Origin: Bacteroidota bacterium
GTDB lineage: Bacteria; Bacteroidota; Bacteroidia; Bacteroidales; GCA-2748055
Assembly: GCA_020047715.1 (NCBI GenBank)
Contig: JAIFNN010000022.1
Span: forward strand, 17,123-81,122
DNA: 64,000 bases
Direction of reading: 5' to 3'
Part shown: piece after piece, positions 34,413 through 43,257 of the stretch
How positions within the stretch are numbered: position 1 is the first letter of the stretch
Layout of the letters: every line of letters begins with the position of its first letter
Made by a program: the position numbers and the translations under genes
The notes under the pieces: generated by a model
What the model was told of the DNA's origin: nothing
What the model saw: the letters and a program-made list of their open reading frames with translations, nothing else
The model's database searches: none

Positions 34413-35726
34413 TTAAAAGAGTTCAGTGTAAATAATCTTTAACCTGAAAGAAGAAGAATTCGCTGATTCCCCTTTAAGAATCACCCTGTTGGCAGCGCTG
34501 TTACTCCTTCTTGAGACAAGAACCAAATCCGAATTTTCAATTTTACCACTAATAAATGACTGTAAATGGAGGCCAATATTAAAAACGTATGCGTGTTGAC
34601 TTTCATCATAACTTCCATCAAAATAGGTGCCTGTCTGATCTATACGGTAATCGAAAAGGTAAGTGTACGAACCGTCTTCTTCCAGCGCAAAAAGCAATAA
34701 GTTGGGGGGATAGTTTTCTTCAAAAAGTGAAGGGTACAATAGGGTATCAACAGGAAAAATCAATTCCGCTTTATTTATCGTAATCAAGCCTTTGGATTTC
34801 CAGGCCTCAAGATCCGGAAAGCTGATGTGTCCGCTGGAGCCGGCAAGCCCGTCGATATAGATCAAGCTGTCGCTATTGGGCACATTCAGATTTGTTTCGA
34901 TGGGAAAACCGGAGTAATCATGAGTAAAGGCATTCGCTTTTGCTACGAGGGTTGTAAAAGCGAGGTCGTAGGTTTTACTAATTGTATCTCCATTATAGTA
35001 AAAGGTAAGCTTGGAATCCAATGACGACATGTTTAGGTAAACAAAGCCGCCATTTTCGCTTACCGGGTCAACACTGATGTGCATTCCGTAAAACTCTTCC
35101 TCGAAATCCTCACGGTCGCGAAAAACAGAATCCGGCAGGGATTCAAATTTGCTCAGAAAACCGGGGTCTTCAATTTTGACGCGAATCAGCGAATCGCCCA
35201 AAGCGAAGGTTGCATGAGCAAGTTCGGATGCATCGCTGTAATATTCTGAAGGGTTGATATCTGAGAAATAGCTCGAATCGTAGGTCATTTTTTGGTTTAG
35301 CTCATGAATTCTCAGGGTCATTTCGTTCAGACTATCCCCAAAATAGCTTGCCGGGGAAAGAAAAAGAACCAATGAATCAGCCGTACGCAAAGAATCGATT
35401 GAGATTAGAAGCTTGGGGTGAAACTGGGTGAGAATTGAGGCAGCGCTGTACCCAAAAACACTGTCTTTCTGGCTTCCCAGAACATAAAGTTCATTTGCGG
35501 AAGTAAGGATTCTCTTTCCGCTGATCGTGTAAGAGCTAATTACAGTGGAGGAATCGATCCTCACATAAATATCATCCGAAGAGGGAAGCAAATCTCTGCC
35601 TAAATTATCCGGATCTTTTGCGCAACCATTAATAACAAGAATTAAACTGATAAAAAATCCGGAACTGAAAGCAATTCGTTTTACGATTTCTTTCCATCCG
35701 GCAAAAGGGTTCCAAAACATACTCAT
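34413..35726 (-). CDS. DUF4270-like lipoprotein
   Basis: Lipobox LVINGCAK. It sits between the glycogen-synthase-like gene and glmS, an arrangement I recall as conserved in Bacteroidota. Confidence 0.55.
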   Translation of the reverse strand: MSMFWNPFAGWKEIVKRIAFSSGFFISLILVINGCAKDPDNLGRDLLPSSDDIYVRIDSSTVISSYTISGKRILTSANELYVLGSQKDSVFGYSAASILTQFHPKLLISIDSLRTADSLVLFLSPASYFGDSLNEMTLRIHELNQKMTYDSSYFSDINPSEYYSDASELAHATFALGDSLIRVKIEDPGFLSKFESLPDSVFRDREDFEEEFYGMHISVDPVSENGGFVYLNMSSLDSKLTFYYNGDTISKTYDLAFTTLVAKANAFTHDYSGFPIETNLNVPNSDSLIYIDGLAGSSGHISFPDLEAWKSKGLITINKAELIFPVDTLLYPSLFEENYPPNLLLFALEEDGSYTYLFDYRIDQTGTYFDGSYDESQHAYVFNIGLHLQSFISGKIENSDLVLVSRRSNSAANRVILKGESANSSSFRLKIIYTELF

Positions 35727-36541
35727 TTCTTCGGTTCATTTATTATTCTATCGTAGAAAACGGAATAGGCGTCAATATAGTCTTCCGGATCCTGATAATT
35801 TAAGACGGGAACTTTAACTTCTTTAAACAAAGGCTCAATTTCAGAGGGCAATTCCTTGCTTCCCATGATAATACCATCGGAATATTTGAAGGCGATACGG
35901 GCCAGATTTGTAAAAGTCGGCTCTTTAAGGGGTGCAACTACTGCGTCGGTAATCCCGTCGTATTTGATCTTCCGAACGAAATTCTCATCCATCGTATCGT
36001 TAAAGCCTTCATTATAGGCAGAAAAAACCAGCTTTGAATTCATAAAAAGCGGGTCTTCGCTGTATGATTTTTTTATGTAAAGCGGAACAAGACTTGTGAA
36101 CCAACCGTGGCAATGAATAATATCGGGCGACCAACGAAGTTTTTTTACCGTTTCAATAACCCCGCGGGCAAAAAATATCATCCGCTCATCATTGTCTTTG
36201 TAATATTTGTTTTTGTTGTCTTTTAAAACAAATTTCCGGGTAAAGTAATCTTCATTGTCAATGAAATACACCTGCATACGGGCTGACTGAATAGAGGCAA
36301 CCTTGATGATGAGGGGGTGATCGGTGTCGTCGATAATGAGGTTCATTCCTGAAAGGCGAATAACTTCATGAAGCTGGTTTCGACGTTCGTTGATGCTTCC
36401 AAACCGAGGCATAAAAGTCCTGATTTCCCTGCCTTTTTCCTGAATCCCTTGTGGCAGAAATCTGCCAATTTGCGACATCTCGGATTCTGGTAAATAAGGA
36501 GTGATTTCCTGGGAGATGAATAAAACTTTGACGTTTTCCAT
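35723..36541 (-). CDS. Glycogen/starch synthase-like protein (GT5 N-terminal domain only)
   Basis: KVLFISQEITPY...G start typical of GlgA-like proteins. At 272 aa it is truncated relative to full GlgA, as in the Bacteroidota family divergent from panC. Confidence 0.7.
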   Translation of the reverse strand: MENVKVLFISQEITPYLPESEMSQIGRFLPQGIQEKGREIRTFMPRFGSINERRNQLHEVIRLSGMNLIIDDTDHPLIIKVASIQSARMQVYFIDNEDYFTRKFVLKDNKNKYYKDNDERMIFFARGVIETVKKLRWSPDIIHCHGWFTSLVPLYIKKSYSEDPLFMNSKLVFSAYNEGFNDTMDENFVRKIKYDGITDAVVAPLKEPTFTNLARIAFKYSDGIIMGSKELPSEIEPLFKEVKVPVLNYQDPEDYIDAYSVFYDRIINEPKK

Positions 36542-36678
36542 TATAACCCTGATTGGTTTTTAAAAATCATACAAAGATACGAAAAAAATTAAGACGGTGT
36601 AATGCATTTTTTTGAGCTTTTAACCTACTTAGGGTGAAATGTATGGGCGAATATTTGATTTTTCGTTTTATTAATATC

Positions 36679-36686
36679 TATTTTTG
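36679..36686 (+). promoter_or_regulatory. Bacteroidota -7 promoter box (TATTTTTG) for panC-panD
   Basis: Exact TAnnTTTG match, 20 bp upstream of the ATG at 36706. Confidence 0.5.
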
Positions 36687-36705
36687 CCGGTAATAATATT
36701 TTTAA

Positions 36706-37551
36706 ATGAAAGTAATTACTTCAAGGGAGAATCTGCGACATTACCGCTCAATGCTTCTCACGGAAGGAGGCACGGTTGGTTTTGTGCCCACAATGGGAGC
36801 CCTTCATCAGGGGCACCTATCACTTTTGGATGCCGCAGCCTTAGTCTCCGACCATGTAATAGTCAGTATTTTTGTGAATCCTACGCAGTTCAATGATCCC
36901 AACGACTTGCGCAACTACCCCCGAAACCTGGAAAAAGATCTTGCTCTACTGGCTGGCCAAGGGAAGACAGCAGCTGTTTTTGCCCCTGAAGTAGAAGACA
37001 TCTATCCTGAACCCGATTTGCGCCGTTTTGATTTCGGCCCTCTCGAGAAAGTTATGGAAGGCGCGCACCGTCCGGGGCATTTTAACGGAGTTGCACAAGT
37101 TGTGAGCAAACTCTTTAACATAGTTGAGCCACACAAGGCCTTTTTCGGGGAAAAAGACTTTCAGCAACTCGCTGTAATTAGACAACTTGTACTACAGGAA
37201 CAATCGAAAATCGAAATTGTTCCATGTCCGATTATCAGAGAAAGTGATGGATTAGCTATGAGCTCGAGAAATGTTTTGCTGTCGGTTGAAGAGCGATTGC
37301 ATGCCGCCCATATTTCCGGAATTCTCTTTAAAGCCAGGGAGTTGAGACGTACCATGAAGGTTGATTTACTTACAGAATGGGTGGTGCGCCAACTCAACAA
37401 CGACCCCTTTCTTAAGGTGGAATATTTTCAAATCGTTGACGACAAAACTCTTATGCCTGTTGACAGTTGGACCCAGTCAGGGGGTAAGCAAGGTTGTGTG
37501 GCAGTTAAAATAGGTAAGGTCAGACTGATTGATAACATTAAATTTGATTAA
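36706..37551 (+). CDS. panC: Pantoate--beta-alanine ligase
   Basis: GFVPTMGALHQGHLSL and SIFVNPTQF motifs. Confidence 0.9.
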   Translation: MKVITSRENLRHYRSMLLTEGGTVGFVPTMGALHQGHLSLLDAAALVSDHVIVSIFVNPTQFNDPNDLRNYPRNLEKDLALLAGQGKTAAVFAPEVEDIYPEPDLRRFDFGPLEKVMEGAHRPGHFNGVAQVVSKLFNIVEPHKAFFGEKDFQQLAVIRQLVLQEQSKIEIVPCPIIRESDGLAMSSRNVLLSVEERLHAAHISGILFKARELRRTMKVDLLTEWVVRQLNNDPFLKVEYFQIVDDKTLMPVDSWTQSGGKQGCVAVKIGKVRLIDNIKFD

Positions 37552-37563
37552 ATTTGCAGTACT

Positions 37564-37914
37564 ATGAATATCGAAATATTAAAATCAAAAATTCACAGGG
37601 TTACTGTTACGGAATCCAATCTGAATTATGTAGGAAGTGTTACAATAGATTTGAATCTGATTGAAGCGGCTAACCTTATTGAAGGCGAAAAAGTACAGGT
37701 ATTGGACATCAACAATGGCGAAAGGTTTGAAACCTATGTTATCGTTGGCGAAAGAGGACTTGGCGAAATCTGTCTGAACGGACCTGCTGCCCGAAAAGTT
37801 GCTGTTGGGGATATTGTAATTATTGTTTCATATGCAAGCATGGACTTCGAAGAGGCTAAAACATTCAAGCCTTGGGTCATTTTCCCCGATACTGCAACAA
37901 ACAAATTAATCTGA
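37564..37914 (+). CDS. panD: Aspartate 1-decarboxylase (pyruvoyl-dependent)
   Basis: [24 protein letters not shown] contains the Gly-Ser self-processing site. 116 aa. Confidence 0.9.
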   Translation: MNIEILKSKIHRVTVTESNLNYVGSVTIDLNLIEAANLIEGEKVQVLDINNGERFETYVIVGERGLGEICLNGPAARKVAVGDIVIIVSYASMDFEEAKTFKPWVIFPDTATNKLI

Positions 37915-37921
37915 CAAAGTC

Positions 37922-38977
37922 TTGAGAAAATTTATTTTTAAAGCGCTTAAATTCTTAGGTTTTCTTTCTTTTGGGATTGTCCTGCTATACTTTGCTTTTA
38001 AAGGAATAAGCCTTGAAAGGATCGGCCAGGACCTTAAAAGTGTGAACTACGGATGGGTTTTGCTGTCACTGCTTTTTGCCTTTGGTGCCTACATGGCCAG
38101 AGCTTACCGTTGGAATATTATTATTGAGCCCCTGAACTATCGCCCAACTTTTTTGCACACTCTGTATTCACTTATGGTTGGATATCTTGCCAACTTTGCC
38201 TTTCCCCGAATTGGTGAAATCACCCGCTGTGCTTCACTTGCAAAAAAAGAAAAAATCCCGGTCGACAAGCTCATTGGTACGGTGATCGTTGAAAGGGCTG
38301 TTGACCTACTTTCCCTTATTGCGCTGCTTATTTTGCTGCTTTTGCTGCGGCTCGAAACCTTCGGATCTTTTTTGGGAAACGCCGTTTTTATCCCTCTTTC
38401 AGAAAAAATCTCTAGCACCCTTAGCTTTTCATGGTTTATCTGGATTGTGATTGCCGGCACTTTTCTCGGATTTATCCTTCTTTATTTCATCTTCCGTGAG
38501 CAACTGGCCAAAATTGTAGTTGTAAACAAAGTAAAAAACCTTGTGAAAGGAGTGCTTTCCGGTTTAAAAACGGTCTATCAGATGAAGCGACGGACGGAAT
38601 TTGTAGTTTTCACTGTGCTTATTTGGGCTTTCTACCTACTGATGACCTGGGTTCTGGTTTTTTCCTTGCCTGCTACTTCCGGGCTCAAACTCATTGACGG
38701 ACTCTTTATCCTGGTTATCGGGGGATTGGGCATGTCGGCTCCGGTTCAGGGAGGAATTGGCGCATACCATTGGATCGTGTCGCGCGGACTGGCGAGCGTA
38801 TATGCTTTTATCAGCATTGAAGACGGACTTGTTTACGCAACGGTTTCCCATGGCTCACAGGCAATCTTTGCTATCACACTTGGTTCGCTTTCTCTCGTCC
38901 TTCTTGTCTCCAAAAAAAAGAAGGCCTCTGACAGAAAGTTGTTTGGTAAGATCAAACCTCTCAAATCTGCAGGCTAA
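37922..38977 (+). CDS. UPF0104 / lysylphosphatidylglycerol-synthase-TM-region-like (flippase-like) membrane protein
   Basis: 351 aa with about 8 TM helices and the RAYRW...PRIGE(I/L)TR motif typical of this family. TTG start. Confidence 0.6.
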   Translation: MRKFIFKALKFLGFLSFGIVLLYFAFKGISLERIGQDLKSVNYGWVLLSLLFAFGAYMARAYRWNIIIEPLNYRPTFLHTLYSLMVGYLANFAFPRIGEITRCASLAKKEKIPVDKLIGTVIVERAVDLLSLIALLILLLLLRLETFGSFLGNAVFIPLSEKISSTLSFSWFIWIVIAGTFLGFILLYFIFREQLAKIVVVNKVKNLVKGVLSGLKTVYQMKRRTEFVVFTVLIWAFYLLMTWVLVFSLPATSGLKLIDGLFILVIGGLGMSAPVQGGIGAYHWIVSRGLASVYAFISIEDGLVYATVSHGSQAIFAITLGSLSLVLLVSKKKKASDRKLFGKIKPLKSAG

Positions 38978-39465
38978 TGAACTCCCTCGAAACAATACGC
39001 CGCAAAATTATCGTTGACTGGAGCAATCTTCCTGAAATTATAAACAACTGGAAGAACGCGGGTAATAAAATTGTTTTTACAAATGGCTGCTTTGATATTA
39101 TTCACCGGGGGCATATTGAACTGCTGGCGAAGGCGGCCGATTTGGGCGAGAAACTTATTGTTGGACTGAATGCTGATGATTCCGTTCAGCGACTTAAAGG
39201 TCCGGAACGGCCCCTTCAGGACGAAACCTCCAGGGCCATGATTATGGCCGGCTTTGGGTTTGTTGAGCTGGTTGTTCTGTTTCACCAGGATACCCCAATG
39301 GAACTGATAAGCCTTATTAAGCCCGATGTCCTCGTAAAAGGTGGCGATTATAAGGCAGAGGAAATTGTGGGATACGATATGGTTACCAACAATAACGGAC
39401 AGGTTGTAACAATTAATTTCGTTGAGGGATACTCTACTACTTCAATTGTAAATAAAATGAAGTAG
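38977..39465 (+). CDS. D-glycero-beta-D-manno-heptose 1-phosphate adenylyltransferase (RfaE domain II-like cytidylyltransferase)
   Basis: FTNGCFDIIHRGHIELL HxGH nucleotidyltransferase motif. 162 aa. The start overlaps the previous stop (TAATG). Confidence 0.8.
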   Translation: MNSLETIRRKIIVDWSNLPEIINNWKNAGNKIVFTNGCFDIIHRGHIELLAKAADLGEKLIVGLNADDSVQRLKGPERPLQDETSRAMIMAGFGFVELVVLFHQDTPMELISLIKPDVLVKGGDYKAEEIVGYDMVTNNNGQVVTINFVEGYSTTSIVNKMK

Positions 39466-39701
39466 CCAGAAGTAAATTACCTTGATTGCATGAGACCTCC
39501 CGGCAAGGCTGCGATTTTAGAAATATACTTATCCCTGGTGCAAAACACTATTTCTTGGAGATTTCAAGGATGACCCGGAATTAAGGCCGAACGAATCGGT
39601 TCACAAATTTGGGAAAGGAAATTTTGATTTACTGTAAAACTTTTCCTGTCTGCCGATACCAACCCGTTTATTTTTTGTTACTTTTCGTAAAAGTATTTCC
39701 G

Positions 39702-41069
39702 ATGGCCAAAACCAAAACCGTTTATGTGTGTCAGAATTGCGGCGCCGACTCTCCAAAATGGATCGGCAAGTGCAATTCCTGTGGCCAATGGAATACCTAT
39801 GTTGAGGAAATTCTCACCAAAAAATCAGGATCTGCAAGTTTCACAACTCAGAACGAACCTGCGAGAGTTGAGAAGCTGAAGGACATTAGTGTTCAGATTA
39901 CCACGCGGATCGACACACATGATGCCGAATTTAACCGTGTTCTCGGGGGAGGAATTGTTCCCGGATCCCTTATTCTGCTTGGAGGAGAGCCGGGGATCGG
40001 AAAATCGACATTAGTGCTTCAACTGGCACTCAAACTTACAGATTTGAAGGTTCTTTATGTTTCGGGGGAGGAGAGCGGGCAGCAGCTTAAACTTCGTGCT
40101 GAGCGACTTGGTGGAGGGAAGGCAATTGGCGAAACCCTTGTGTACACGGAAACAAACCTGCAGAATATTCTTTCTCTGGCGAATCACGAGCGGCCGGAGC
40201 TTATCATTATCGACTCGATACAGACTCTTAGCTCTGAGTTTATAGAATCGTCTCAGGGAAGTGTTTCACAGGTGCGCGAGTGTGCTGCCAGTCTACTGAA
40301 ATTTGCCAAAGAAACACATACCCCAATCATTTTGATTGGCCATATCACAAAAGACGGAAGCATTGCCGGGCCGAAAGTTTTGGAACATATCGTTGATACA
40401 GTTCTGCAGTTTGAAGGCGACACTCATCACATGTATCGTATTCTGCGGGCCATGAAAAACAGATTTGGCTCCACCTATGAGATCGGGGTTTATGAAATGC
40501 TTGGCAGCGGACTAAAGGAAATATCGAATCCCTCGGAAATATTCATAGGGAGAAATCTCGAGAAACTCAGTGGTGTTTCCGTTGCTGCCACTATGGAAGG
40601 TATTCGCCCTTTGCTAATAGAGGTCCAAGCCCTTGTGAGTACTGCTGCTTACGGGACTCCGCAGCGATCGGCAACAGGTTTTGACCTTCGGAGGCTTAAC
40701 ATGCTGCTTGCCGTTCTTGAGAAACGGGCCAGTTTTAAACTGATATCCAAAGATGTATTTCTCAATATTGCAGGAGGAATACGAGTTGACGATCCGGCAA
40801 CCGACCTTGGCATCATCAGCGCTATCTTGTCTTCAACAGTGGATATTGCCGTGGACAACCAGTTCTGCTTCGCCGGAGAAATTAGCCTTTCGGGTGAAAT
40901 CAGACCGGTAAGCCGACTCGAGCAGAGAATTTCTGAAGCCGAAAAACTCGGATTTACACGGATGATCGTTTCCCAATACAGTAAAAAAGGTATTGATTTT
41001 GATAGGTACAAAATGGAAGTTACCTTTGTTTCTAAGGTTCAACAAATTCCGAAAATACTTTTCGGATAA
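39702..41069 (+). CDS. radA: DNA repair protein RadA
   Basis: Zinc finger CQNCG...CNSCGQW, Walker A GGEPGIGKST, the KNRFG motif and a Lon-like C-terminal domain. The true start is the ATG at 39702. Confidence 0.95.
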   Translation: MAKTKTVYVCQNCGADSPKWIGKCNSCGQWNTYVEEILTKKSGSASFTTQNEPARVEKLKDISVQITTRIDTHDAEFNRVLGGGIVPGSLILLGGEPGIGKSTLVLQLALKLTDLKVLYVSGEESGQQLKLRAERLGGGKAIGETLVYTETNLQNILSLANHERPELIIIDSIQTLSSEFIESSQGSVSQVRECAASLLKFAKETHTPIILIGHITKDGSIAGPKVLEHIVDTVLQFEGDTHHMYRILRAMKNRFGSTYEIGVYEMLGSGLKEISNPSEIFIGRNLEKLSGVSVAATMEGIRPLLIEVQALVSTAAYGTPQRSATGFDLRRLNMLLAVLEKRASFKLISKDVFLNIAGGIRVDDPATDLGIISAILSSTVDIAVDNQFCFAGEISLSGEIRPVSRLEQRISEAEKLGFTRMIVSQYSKKGIDFDRYKMEVTFVSKVQQIPKILFG

Positions 41070-41091
41070 ATCAGGAGAATATTTTTAAAGA

Positions 41092-41550
41092 ATGGATGGA
41101 TTACCTCTTATAAAAACTGATTTCGAATCACCCTGTGTATTCTACACTATTAAAAAGCCCGATATCGAATCCGGCAGCACCTACTATTTCCAAACCGGAA
41201 GCGGCCTCAGCTATCAGGTTACTTTTGGAAAAAAGAAAAACAATTATCTTGGCAACATCGTCAATTTCAGTGTAATAAGCGAGGAGTATGAAGACGAGTA
41301 TTCCGAAACCAACCGCGGTGAGGTATACAGCATTATCTGCACCATGATTGAGGTACTGCGTATTTACCATGAAAATCATCCCTATTCAAACTCTTATGAA
41401 TTCGCTGGAGAATTTAAAGACACGAGAGACGAAAAGGAAATAAGCATTCGCACTCGACTTTATTACCGTGTGGCTTCAAGGGTTATCGATCTTGATCATT
41501 GGGAATTGCATCTGGATGGAAACAAAGTTGTTATTTCACGAAAACACTAA
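41092..41550 (+). CDS. Hypothetical cytoplasmic protein (152 aa), no recognisable motif
   Basis: ORF packed tightly between radA (22-bp gap) and the ABC ATPase (3-bp gap). No signal peptide or TM helix. Confidence 0.45.
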   Translation: MDGLPLIKTDFESPCVFYTIKKPDIESGSTYYFQTGSGLSYQVTFGKKKNNYLGNIVNFSVISEEYEDEYSETNRGEVYSIICTMIEVLRIYHENHPYSNSYEFAGEFKDTRDEKEISIRTRLYYRVASRVIDLDHWELHLDGNKVVISRKH

Positions 41551-41553
41551 CAA

Positions 41554-43257
41554 ATGGCGGTTCTGCTAGAAGTTACCGACCTTTGTCTTACACTGGGCGG
41601 AAACTCCCCAAAAACACTTGTAAAAAATATTTCCTTTACTCTTCATGAGGGAAAAGTCTTGGGAATTGTTGGGGAATCAGGCTCGGGCAAATCGCTCACT
41701 GCCTTGTCTTTAACCCGCCTCCTCCCCGAAAATATTACAATGACTTCGGGCAAAATTGTTTTTTACAGCCCGGGCGAAGCTGTCGAACTCTCATCCCCCG
41801 AAATAAAAGATATTCGTAGCTTCCGGGGGAAAAGCATTGCCATGATATTCCAGGAGCCGATGACTTCGTTGAACCCTTCGATGAGGTGCGGAAGGCAAAT
41901 TGAAGAGGCTATTTTGGCTCATCGGAGAATTAAGCACGCGGCACTTCGGGAAAAAGTTATTTCACTGCTTCAGGAAGTAAACCTCCCACGGCCCGAGATT
42001 TTGTACAATTCTTATCCGCACCAGCTATCCGGGGGACAAAGGCAAAGGCTTATGATTGCTATGGCTTTGAGCGCCGACCCTTCTATTCTGATTGCCGACG
42101 AGCCCACCACAGCCTTGGATGTGACAGTTCAGAAAAACATCATTTTGCTTCTTCAAAAACTCAAGGAATCCAGGGGCTTGTCTATAATTTTCATCTCCCA
42201 CGACCTTAGGCTGATACGCGAGATTGCTGATGACGTCTTGGTAATGAGGAACGGTGAAATAGCAGAATATACTGAGTCGGTAAAGCTTTTTGATAATCCG
42301 GCATCGGCATACACAAAAGGTTTGATTGCTTGCCAGCCCCCATTGGATCAAAAGCCCGAACGGCTGCTCACCATCAGTGACTTTGAGAATTCGGAAGGTG
42401 AACTCCCCCGTGAAGAAAGAAAGCGCATTGAAACTGATTATTCGAAGGAGCCAATTCTGAGAATCGCGAACCTCAGCGTTAATTATTCGGTACCGGGTGG
42501 TCTGTTTTCAAGTCATGCCAGCAGTTTTAGAGCTGTTGACCGTGTAAGTTTGGAGGTTTATCCCGGCGAAACCCTTGGATTGGTTGGCGAATCGGGCTGC
42601 GGGAAAACAACAATCGGAAAAGCAATTCTGAAGCTCATACAAGCCAAAGAAGGGGATATCTATTTTCGGGGGATAAGAATTTCGTCGCTTCGGTCCAAGG
42701 CACTCCGTGATTTTAGGAAATCGGTTCAGGTTGTGTTTCAGGACCCTTTTTCTTCGCTCAACCCCCGACAAACCATACAGTCGATGCTAAATGAGGCATT
42801 GCTGGTTCATAAACCGGGATTGGATCATAGGGGACGAAGGGAGCGGATAGCCGAGTTACTTATAAGTGTTGGGCTTACTGAAGCAGACATGTATAAATAC
42901 CCGCATCAGTTTTCGGGAGGGCAAAGGCAGCGAATCAGTATAGCACGAAGCCTTGCCCCGGAACCCGAGTTTCTGGTTCTTGACGAGTCTGTTTCTGCAC
43001 TTGATGTTTCAGTACAGGCGCAGGTTCTGAACTTGCTGAACGATTTAAAGGAAAAGTATGGACTGAGTTACCTATTCATCTCGCATGATCTTTCGGTTGT
43101 GAAATACATGGCGGATCGCATTTTTGTTATGCGGGCCGGAGTAATTGAAGAATCAGGCGATCCCGACAAAATATTTCACCATCCGGAAAAAGAGTACACA
43201 CGTTCACTTATTTCAGCAATTCCTGGTTATCAGTACTCTTCCGCATCAACATCATAG
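41554..43257 (+). CDS. ABC transporter ATP-binding protein with duplicated ATPase domains (Dpp/Opp D-F fusion, YejF-like)
   Basis: Two sets of Walker A (GESGSGKS, GESGCGKT), signature (LSGGQRQR, FSGGQRQR) and Walker B motifs. Confidence 0.9.
   Translation: MAVLLEVTDLCLTLGGNSPKTLVKNISFTLHEGKVLGIVGESGSGKSLTALSLTRLLPENITMTSGKIVFYSPGEAVELSSPEIKDIRSFRGKSIAMIFQEPMTSLNPSMRCGRQIEEAILAHRRIKHAALREKVISLLQEVNLPRPEILYNSYPHQLSGGQRQRLMIAMALSADPSILIADEPTTALDVTVQKNIILLLQKLKESRGLSIIFISHDLRLIREIADDVLVMRNGEIAEYTESVKLFDNPASAYTKGLIACQPPLDQKPERLLTISDFENSEGELPREERKRIETDYSKEPILRIANLSVNYSVPGGLFSSHASSFRAVDRVSLEVYPGETLGLVGESGCGKTTIGKAILKLIQAKEGDIYFRGIRISSLRSKALRDFRKSVQVVFQDPFSSLNPRQTIQSMLNEALLVHKPGLDHRGRRERIAELLISVGLTEADMYKYPHQFSGGQRQRISIARSLAPEPEFLVLDESVSALDVSVQAQVLNLLNDLKEKYGLSYLFISHDLSVVKYMADRIFVMRAGVIEESGDPDKIFHHPEKEYTRSLISAIPGYQYSSASTS

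Noticed and set aside
43230-43257. 28-bp overlap of the convergent 3' ends of the ABC ATPase gene and the PBP1A gene
   Set aside because: Both reading frames are well supported up to their stops. Short convergent overlaps occur in compact genomes. The absence of a terminator between the genes is notable, but I could not identify any element there.
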